NCBI GenBank assembly: GCA_000708835.1
Contig: DF237268.1
Span: forward strand, 39,197-103,196
Direction of reading: 5' to 3'
From: Klebsormidium nitens
Taxonomy: Eukaryota; Plantae; Klebsormidiophyceae
Length of the DNA: 64,000 bases
Shown: piece by piece, positions 1 to 9,719 of the stretch
Numbering within the stretch: the first letter of the stretch is position 1
Layout of the letters: the number at the start of each line of letters is the position of its first letter
Made by a program: the position numbers and the translations under genes
The notes under the pieces: generated by a model
Told to the model about the DNA's origin: nothing
Seen by the model: only the letters and a program-made list of their open reading frames with translations
Database searches by the model: none

Positions 1-1
1 C

Positions 2-3000
2 GCCGGCTGGCAGGAGCAGCTGCGCCCGTATGTCGAGGAGCACAACATCCGCATCATGACCTACGTCAACCCGTACCTCGCAGACGTAAGCAACAACAAC
101 AAGCTGTTTCGGAGTATCTTATGGCTCGCTGCCAGCTGCGACTTGGTGGGTTACACAAGCCAGCTGAGCGTTGGGTCGGACAACATGGTGATGAACTGTC
201 TGTCTGTTGCTCGTTTAGTCTGGCCGCTGGAAGGTTTCCGACTTGCGTGCTGATGCCGCTCTGTCAGCGGTGTCCCGCAGGTGTCTGCGAAGGCCAACGC
301 GCGGCGGTCGCTGCTGGCGGAGGCGCTGTCTGCGGGGTACCTGGTGACGACGCGCGCGGGGGGGCCGTACTTCATCGAGAACACCAGCTTCCACGCCGCC
401 ATGGTGGACCTCACCAACCCGGCCGCCGCGGCCTGGCTCAAGGACGTCATCAAAACCATGCTGCACACCTGCGGCGCAGCAGGGTGCGCCGCCTGCCTCC
501 AATAGTTGTTGTGGAGAGCTTTTGTCCATGCCAGATCAAGTTGCCAGAGTGCAGGAAGGTTCCTGATGCTGCTTGCCTATGATTATGGGAAGGGTTGATT
601 CCTCTGGCCAATTCGCTTAAAGTAACACCCTGTAACCCTCTTCACTCGGTTGCACCTCTGGTCGCACAGCTCGAAACTGGTCCGTTTTGTCTGACCGCTG
701 GCCGCTTCGTCGCAGGTACATGGCAGACTTCGGCGAGGCCCTCCCATTTGACGCTTGCCTTCACAGCGGTAAGCACGGACGTTCATTTCTGCCGTGGCCT
801 CGAGCCGCTCTCTCTCTTCTTACTGCCATCTGCAAGCTGTTTCGTCGTTCCTTGTTGGCAGTCGCGAGTCCCTCTTCTCGACGCCTTCTGATCCGGCTCG
901 TCCTCTGCCTGTGCTCAGGCGAGTCCCCCGACAGTGCCCACAACCTGTACCCCGAGCTGTGGGCGCGCCTCAACGCGGAGGTCTTCGAGGAGTACGCCGC
1001 AGAGCGTCAGGAGGGCCGCTGCGGGGCGCACGCCCCTCTCCGCCTGCCAGCCCAGCCTCCGCAAGAACCGGCAGGCGCAGGGGGCGCGGCGCTCCTCGAG
1101 GAGCGGGTGTTGCAGGCCGTTGCCGACGAGCTGGCCGCGGCTGGCGGCTCGGCTGGCGAGGCCGCCCTGGAGGCGGTGCCCGAAGGGGACGTGCCCCTGG
1201 CCGACTGTCTGGACCAGGCCCTGCCGGCCGCGCGCTCCGCACACAACCTGGAGGCCCTCGTGCTGCCCGACCCTGAAGCGGGAGAAGCGGAGGCAGGGAA
1301 GAGGTCGCCTGCGGGCGGAGATCAGGAGTTGCCTCAGGACAGCTGCGCAGTGGCAGCGGACAAGGGCCGCATCGAAACAGATGCGTGCGGACATGGCGGG
1401 GAGGAGGGCAGCGCGAAGCGTCTCGAGGCGGGGGCGGAAGAAGACGACGGAGTGTTCTTCATGCGGGCGGGCTTCCGGGGCAGCCCGCGGCTGGCGCGCC
1501 TCTTCTGGCTGGGCGACCAGGTGACGCGCAGACCGAATCCTCCTGCTCACCATCTTCCTCCACGCTGGCGACCCTAGTGGCGGCAACTTGTCAAATTTAC
1601 AGGCTCACAGCCCCAAAGTCTGTGCAGAGGAACTCAAGGAAGCTCAGACTCTTGTAGATTGCAGTAGCTCTCACTGTGACCTTGGCAGCTTCTTCGGGTA
1701 TGTCTCGGTCTTCCTTGGCACCGGCTGGTGTCGAGCAGGGTTTGCCAGGCAGAGTGTTCCTTCATCCGGGCGTGTGTTGAAACGTTTTCGTGGCACTGTG
1801 CCCAGATGGTGAGCTGGCAGCGTCACGATGGCATCAAGAGCGCAGTTACCGGCCTCCTCACGGGCGGCCTGGCGGGCTATGCATACAACCACTCCGACAT
1901 TGGCGGGTAAGGTCCGGTAAAGCAGAACTCAGGGAGGCCGCTGCTTTGGCGGAGTCTGAACAGCACCTAAGGATTCTGCAAGACAGAGGACGCCATATGC
2001 ATTAGTGCCACCTTCCTTACGAGCTATCGTCGTCATACGAGCTACCATCGTCAACGACTTTTGAGTTGAACGTCCTTTACGGGCCAGAATGGACTCAAAT
2101 ATAGCATCAACGTCGGCATTCGTTTGTGGAGGCCGGTAGGAGTTCATTCTCGCGGTCCTGCCGGTCTGAGCGGCGCGGTGCCCGCGGTGGCGCAGGTACA
2201 CCACGGTGGTGCACCCGCTGATCCGGTACCGGCGCAGCGAGGAGCTGCTGCTGCGCTGGATGGAGCTCAACGCCTTCACCACCATCTTCCGCACGCATGA
2301 GGTCAGCACATCAGAAAACGCAACCAGTTGCCGCAACAGCCCCCAGCTGCCAGGTGTGCATTTGTCTCGATGGAATCTCCGCTCGTAAACGTTTTTTGTT
2401 GTCCACCGTTGCTTTGACGGCGTTCGGCCTGTCTGTCCGCCGCAGGGCAACATCCCGGGCGCCAACGTGCAGTTTTACTCGAGCCCGCGCACGCTGGCCC
2501 ACTTCCGGCGGTGCGCGCTGCTGCACCAGGCGTGGGCGTTCTACCGGCGCCAGCTGGTGCGCGAGGCCGCGGACACGGGCCTGCCCGTGGTGCGCCACCT
2601 GTTCGTGCACTACCCCGCCGACCCCAAGGTCCGCCGCTGCCACGAGCCAACTCAATTGGTGACGTATTGCGTGGCTGCATTTGTTGAACAGCATCTGACA
2701 CGGTGTTCTGAATCGACCGCCCTGCTACTACGAGGTCGCAGGATTTGCCTGATCCACGCCGCGAAAATGTAGCGGTATATTTAGAGACTTGCTCCGCGGC
2801 CGCATCCTCTGACACTTTCGCCGTTGTATGCACTCTGCAGTGTGTCAGAACCTGCCCGTCGCCTTCTCCCTAGAACCAAGCGGTCAAATCCAGGCCAGTG
2901 GCAGGCTCTTGCCTGCGGAGCCAGTCTCCAGCACCTCGTATTTTAATCTAAGCCGCTTGCCTTCGTGCACTTTGCGCAGGTGTGGCGGCTGACGTACGAG

Positions 3001-3258
3001 CAGTTCCTGGTGGGCACGGAGCTGCTGGTGGTGCCCGTGCTGGACCGCGCCGTTGCCGGCGTGGCCGTCTACCTCCCGGCCAGCGACGCGGGGGAGCGCT
3101 GGCGCCACGTCTGGACCGGCAGAGAATGGGCCGTGCCGCCTGCGGGTACGGCGTTCCGGGTGGAGGCGGCGCTGGGCTACCCCGCCGTTTTTGTGAAGGC
3201 TGAGTCGAGCGTGGGGAGAGAGTTCGAGGAGAACTTGAGGGCGATGCACCTGGTGTAG
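2..3258 (+). CDS. GH31 glycosidase, YihQ-like (putative sulfoquinovosidase); spliced, 5' end lies before the window
   Basis: Spliced exons read IMTYVNPYLAD, MVDLTNPAAAAWLK, GYMADFGEALP (nucleophile motif; YihQ has GWMADFGE), HNLYPELWA, FFMRAG..S....FWLGDQ (acid/base Asp), DGIKSAV..HSDIGGYTT, RSEELLLRWMELNAFTTIFRTHEG, LPVVRHLFVHYP and QFLVGTELLVVPV. Stop TAG at 3256-3258. GT-AG phases checked at several junctions. Confidence 0.88.
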
Positions 3259-4265
3259 CTGGATATCATGTGCATATGCACACGGGGAGGAGCGTTGGGG
3301 CCGAAAGTGAGGAGAGGAACAAAAGCAGCTGAGGAGGGAGCTTCTTGTCAGAAACTTTACTTAAACCAGAGTTGTGCCAAGAGCTGGAGGAGGTTGCTAG
3401 CCATAGCCATTAAAGGATTTGTATAGCTAGTCAGAGCTTTTACGGGATTCCGCCCCGACTACCAGGTGAATTGCATTCAACATAGCTCGATTGATTTTAA
3501 GGAGGACGGTTCGTTAAACGATTGTCCTATGGTTTAAGCAGCTTCGAGCGGATGTAGACTTGTACTCAATCGAGATTGAAACTTAGTTGGGTTTAGAGCA
3601 AGAGCATAGAGTGTTGAAAGAGGATAGAAAAATAGAAGCTGTAAGCTAGTTTTTAGGGATTGTAACGTAGTTAGCTGCTTTAGCTTCCAAAATCTGTACA
3701 TTGAGTTAGGCAATTAGGGCCACGTTCGAGCACCACTGCACCGATTTCGGTGTGCCAGTACCATATACGTTAGTGCAATTAAATAATCACCTTGCTAGGT
3801 TGTACGGTAAGACTGTTTAATCAACAATTGTGGTTTGCGAACATCTTCACTTACGATTGGGTTATGCTGCTCGCGAGACGAAGGTCACGCGCATGCCAGA
3901 TCCGATCATTCAGGATGATTGTCCCGAGCTACGTACTCCCCAATCATGGTCGATTCGATTGCACATGAGTGGTCACATGAACATATATGCCGCGGCGGCC
4001 GGGCTGCATCATGCATGCGCATGCCGTCGTGCAAATGCTCATGGTGCATCGATGTGCACGTACGTGCATGCATTGCGCTAGCTGGCCCAAATGCAAATTA
4101 GATCAAGCTCTGGGTTACGGGATCCGCGGCACTTATATATATGAGATGCATGCGGCGCTTCCGGGCGCATGGCGGTGATGGTCACTTATACTGTTATAAA
4201 CCCTGAGCCACGCTGAGCCATCGGCCAACACTCCGGTGAGACTGGGATATACAATGAGTCGACCG

Positions 4266-4322
4266 TCGTACTCGAGTACTCGTCGAATACTCGAGTACGA
4301 TCTGCAGCCTGCTACGGCTGCA
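4266..4322. repeat. Two adjacent inverted repeats: 13-bp perfect arms (9-nt spacer) and 7-bp arms (6-nt spacer)
   Basis: tcgtactcgagta (4266-4278) pairs with tactcgagtacga (4288-4300); tgcagcc (4303-4309) pairs with ggctgca (4316-4322). Confidence 0.85.
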
Positions 4323-5684
4323 AGTCATGTCGATGGTCTCTTTTCGTACTCGCCGTAGCCAAATAGGCCGTAGGCTTCTCATGGCATACATGTATGAATT
4401 GTGTTTGACTTGGACTTAGCTCGGCTCTACCAAAAAGTTCTATATATCCCAAACCGAGGCTGTCGATCGATGTTCGTCATTATTCACTACGGAGAATTCT
4501 GGCAAGCATGCAACCATGACTACAACCTACACATCCGACATGCATATAAGGGCCAATTGTTCGTATCAATGACTCGCGGTATGCTATATGCAAATTAACG
4601 GCTATGGCGAAATGGCGTTATGGCTAATGAGATCATATGGTCCGACTGTCTGCGCTAGACTCACCAGTGGCCTAGCTGGCATTACTGCGGCCCCCCGGCC
4701 CCGATCTTGGTTCTTGCCCTTGACGAGGCGGTCGTAGATGAATTTGGCGAGGCCTCTTGCATGTTGTCCGTGCCACATAGTACGACGGGGCGCGTTGTCG
4801 ATCGTGGGCCGGCGCGGCAGTGCCTCCGCCGCAGCCGCCGCAATGGCTCGAGTGTCACTGCCTGTGATGGGTGTTGGTGCGCACATGTGCGGCCGCGCTC
4901 GCCGGCGCCGCATCCTCCTTGGGCTTGCACTTAACTCAATGAGCAGTCCCTGGGCTAGCACAGCCGCCGTGAGGCCCTGGTACTGAGATCGGCCCAGGTC
5001 GCATTTGTACATGTCCGCCACCGAGCCGAAGCACATCGCCCACATATATGTGCGTTTTAGGTACCCGCATTTGGTGAACGGGCACCAGGTTTGGACCACA
5101 TCCATGATGTGAAACCCGCAGCGAGAAGTGATCTAGCCATGGTCTAGCCATCCGGACGATTGTGAGCATATGCTGAACAAAGTTTACATTAGAAATTGCA
5201 ATTGGATTTATCATGTCATGATGTGCGATACTCTCATGTAAGCTTGAATGCATGCTGGCGCCCATGCATGAGAACTTTGCCATGGCAGCCGTGCAGGTTG
5301 GCCAGTACAATATACCGTCTGCTCAGTGATGATTGCAGCTGAGCTAGCCGGATTGGAATCTGACGCCCGAATCATGCGCGAACGTCGAACATGTGCGCAC
5401 CACAAGAATAGCACCGTCCCCATTGCAGATCCCTCGGGATCTGCGGCGCCAGCGTGACAAGCTTTCCTAGGCCTGCATTTGTTTCAATGAATGACGCCTG
5501 ACCGACTCAGGAATGACATTTTTCCCGTCTGATCGATACGTTCTGATTCCTGCTACACAGAGCCTTGCATTACTCTTGACTCCAAACAGTCCACCTTATG
5601 CTAGCGCTTGATTCATGCAAAAGTTCGTCACTGGATTGAAGCTCGAGTTGCATGAGGAGGGTCCGATTGAGTCGATGAACCTCC

Positions 5685-8319
5685 TTAGAGGATCTTTTCA
5701 AGGCCGTACACCATCGACTGCAGTCAAATGACAGGGATTACACCGTAAGCTTCGAGGAACGGTCATGCTGGAGACAAAAAGCAGTCACGGCAATGCCTAG
5801 AATTTCACACTGGGTCCTCAGTGTGGAAAGGTCTACGTCAGGCACGTTGCATTGAGGGAAGCTGACACGAGAAGTTTCCCCCGCTCTTGGCGCTCACCCG
5901 CAGGCGGGCAACTTTGCGGATGGCGAGCAGCAGGCCGGCCATGTACCCGCGCGCGCTGTGCACCGTGTGCCGCACCTCCAGGCTCTGCAGCGGCAGCCGC
6001 AAGGTGAGGGGAAAGGCAACGGAGCCCGCCACAGCGACATGCTCGGGAAGGTTCAGACTCGAGCAGCTGCGCAGAGCAAGCTTCTGGACGGCCGAAAGGA
6101 GCGAAGGCCAATGCCTCCCGTGAATGCCCGTTCATAAGAGAATCGCCGTAACTGGCTAGCCACATATGACATCGTGTGGAGATGTTTGCAACAGCACCAG
6201 ATCAAAGCAGGGCTTGCACGGCGAGTGTTCCACAGATGCGCCTCTGGCTCAGCCCCTTTGACCACGGCGTCAACCAGACCGCACAGCTCGCACACCCATC
6301 CAGCGTAGATGCATCAGGCTGACGCGGCATCCAACAAGTTGCCGAGGGCTTGCAGATCCTCACCTCTCCCGCTCCCTCAAAGCGCAAGTGTTGGCTGTAG
6401 CGCATGTCAGCGCCGCCCGTGCTGCGGCTAGCAATGACGAGGCCCTCCCCTGCGTCTGTTCGCTGCAGCAGGCCGTCGTCAGGCCCGAGCGGCGCATCCT
6501 CGGCGGCTGTGTTGAACTCCCGGCCCAGCCCCTTGAGAGCCTCCGCAGTACGAAGCACGCTGGCAGATGGCACCTCCTGAAGAAAGCAAACACTTCAGTC
6601 GGGGAATTAAACGGGCCAGCCTGGCGGCATTGCACAACAACCCCCTTTCGGATGAAGGCATGCGTGGCTCAGGTATTGAGGGTTTGAGCGGCAGCGGTAC
6701 CTGCTGCGCTGGGTCCAGGCGCTCCTCCAGGTCGACCTCCCCGTAGTAGAAGCCGGCATTCACGGCAGCCTGCTGCAGCAACACCTCGCCAATGGAGAAG
6801 CTGGGCGCGGCCACGCAGCCCTGCACGACAACAGGGAGAGGGGCGGCCGTGTAATGGGAGAATGGCATGGGGACCATCCTCAGAATCAGATGTGGTCAGA
6901 AGCACAGACCATGGAACATAGACTTTGAAGGGCATGACTGTTTATGAAAAGAAGTGATGGCAAGGTGCCTCAATCCAGCAAATAGTAGAAGCAGTGAAGC
7001 ATCCAGTGCAGCGTTCTCACCATGCTAGACTTTTCACAGAAGTCAATGAGAGTGGACAGCTGCTTGGGTGTGAGGTCCTGGGCTCCAACCACACTGCGGA
7101 GCCCAAAGGCGGTCGCCTGCACAGCACAGCAGGAGGGGGGCAAGCAGCGTTAGGAAGCGGGAGTGCATTCAGACGAGGTGTGGATGCAGGAGAGCGATGA
7201 TCAGGGGCTGATGGCAAGATGTGGGTTTGCATGCTCGTGGGCAGGCGCAAGGGAAGCCAACTACACAAAACAGCGCAGGTTGAAGGGGCTTGGACCGACC
7301 TGGCGGACAGTTTCGTAAGCGGTGCCGCCGCCCCCAATGTCTACCACCACCCCCAGGTCGTCGCGCGCCTGCTCTGCGTACAAGACAAGAACCCACAGCT
7401 GGGGGTGTCAGGCTGCCGGATGCCAGCCAGGCAATCACAGCCACAGGCACAACAAGGAAGGACGCCCAAGGCAGCGTGCGCTGCCAGGCAATACGTGCAA
7501 GGGTCCTGCGCTGGTGGGGCGGCCCCCACCTGGGAGATGGAGCTGAGCACCATGATGATGTCGTTCAGGACAGGCAGCTCCAGCGGCTCCAGCCCCGCCA
7601 CCTGGCACGCCAAGAAACAGTGGCCCCCATCAGAGAAAGACACACCATCGTAATTCTCCTGCAAGTGCATGTGCGCCGAATGCTGAACAGACATCTGCTT
7701 GCTGGAGCCCAGGCCGCAATGGGCATTTGAAATGAGGGGTGGGATGCTCACCTCCCCAATGTCCTGCCCTGCGCAACTAGGATCCACCGCGCCGGCCACC
7801 TCCATGCCGCGTGCCTTGTTCACAGCCCGCACCACCTCACGCCCAATCTCGGACCCCACACCGACCACAACCACCTGACAAGAGCAGGTCGTGAGACTTC
7901 GGAATGTGCAGCGGCATCTAGCATGCAGATTCAAGAGTCCCAAAAGGAAGGGTCAGCTCCAATACGTCTCCCAGCCCGCTTCAGGAACATACCTTGATGT
8001 TGTTTCTGCTGGTGGCGCCCGCCCCTGCTCTGCACACAATGGTGCCCCGCTGGCGGACCTGATCTCGCGAATGCAGCACCACCGTCGAGGGGCCTTTTTG
8101 CCCCACCTCTCCCCGCCCTTGTGCACCACCGGTCAGGCACCGCACCGTACTCGTGCAGCACACGGTGGGGGCTGGCTGCCACGGCGGGCCTGCGCGGAGG
8201 ACACTGCGGGCTGGTCGGCATGGCGCGCACCCAGCTTGCCCATGATGCTGGTGCCGCAGCACCCCGTGAATGAGGAAGTGCTCCCGGGACAAAGCCGGGC
8301 AACACGTTCGGGAACCCAT
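5685..8319 (-). CDS. CRR1: Dihydrodipicolinate-reductase-like chloroplast protein CRR1 (NDH complex accumulation factor); spliced
   Basis: Exons: putative transit peptide from ATG 8319, VVVVGVGSEIGREVVRAVNKARGMEVAGAVD, LEPLELPVLNDIIMVLSSISQ, LGVVVDIG..AYETVRQ, ATAFGLRSVV..LIDFCEKSSM, GCVAAPSFSIGEVLLQQAA, MAGLLLAIRKVARLR and SMVYGLEKIL* (TAA 5685-5687). These follow plant CRR1 closely. The DapB catalytic loop ExHHxxKxDAPSGTA is replaced by EERLDPAQQEVPSAS. Confidence 0.9.
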
Positions 8320-9719
8320 GCCAATGCGATCGGAGGCTACTATCTGGCACCTGCTACCGCAGCTACGCAAAAGCCTGCATGCGTGAGCGAATGCTGCATT
8401 ATAATTTACGCTGCATGTTCCACATGCTTTTGCGCAACACTGACATCAAGTTGAATGACGGTGGCAGTTGTCAAGACTCAACACTACATATGTACTGACG
8501 TACCGTACATAGAGGCGCGGCCACCGAGCAATTTGCAAATGCCTACCGTAGGGTGACTGACCCTGGGGATTTTGCGCTTCGACATCGGATTCTGATTTTG
8601 AAAGGGACGGGCCAAAATTCTGTCTGGGAGATTCTCCGAGATATGGTCGGGCGTATACCGTCCGATGCTGCGAGTTAAGCCAATTGAGATCGGACGGTCG
8701 TCGCGCGAATCGTAAGTCGTAAGTCGTCGCGAGTCTCGGAAGGACTCGGGAGTCAGGACTCAGGAGTCAGAACACTGAGGACAGGCTCGAGCCTCGGAGG
8801 CTGTGAGGCTGGAGCTCTGCATCTGGCCACTGCTACCGAGTGCCCTTGCACATTGGGCCGTCTCTGGAGCCCACTGTCATGCACTGCATCTTTAGCTAAG
8901 GCACGTACCGTCCTTGTGACATATTCTTAAAGTTGACCGAAAGATCGATTTTACATTGCTCAGCGCAACTAGTTAGCTGCACTGCATTAAGGCGCATGAG
9001 ATGCCAGATGCGAGGTAGGTCATCAATGATCATTTTCCATGAAATTGCCGTACAATATACATTTCGACTGATTCAGTTCAATGCTTGCCCTAAGTTCATG
9101 CGCTTGCAATCACTGGTCTTGCATGCATGTGCACATGTAAAGGCACCAGCAAGTTCAAGCTTTAGGATGCTCGGTACGTACTCCCAATCGCTTTTGGTTG
9201 CCCGGCCTCTTTGCAACTTATTTTGGTAATGCATCCATGCTCATGACTGTGGATTGAACTTTAGAGCCCTCTACTTGACATCAAGCAAGTCCATAAGGTG
9301 TTGCATTCAAAAAGGACAAAACGTGATAAAAATGGTCTTGAAGTAGAAAGCCAGGTGATTGATATTTGAACCGCAACTCACTGGCTACAACAATCGAAAG
9401 TTAAGCGAGCAATAGACCTTATAGTATTTAAGCAAGTCGTGGTCCCTTTCCTATGTAAACAAGCTTTTGCGTGCAGGTCGTTTCAGACCCTGTTGGAAGT
9501 CCGTGGCAGATGCAGGCGGTCTGTTTCATGCCCCTGGGAATCAGAACAACGTGGACCGAGGACGCAGGCTTTTGGTTGATGACCCGCGAAAAGCGTTTCC
9601 TCTCCCTCCACCTTCAAACAACCAAACCGTTGTGGTGCCGGCTGCCCTTGCAACTTGTTTGGGTTCGATCGCACCAGATCATGCGTTGCTCACTCCAAGC
9701 GCACCGTGCACTCCTCGCG

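Noticed and set aside
915-1586. Long antisense or alternative-frame ORFs over GC-rich exons (also 9655-10083, 29474-29944, 53140-53676 and many others)
   Set aside because: They are shadows of GC-rich coding exons with few stop codons, have Arg/Pro/Ala-rich translations, and show no recognisable motifs.
3651-3658. TTTTAGGG telomere-like unit
   Set aside because: A single copy, as expected by chance; there is no array.
8498-8911. 9-bp direct repeat acgtaccgt flanking about 400 bp, resembling a Mutator-type target-site duplication
   Set aside because: There are no terminal inverted repeats inside the flanks, and gtaccg-type words are common in these spacers.
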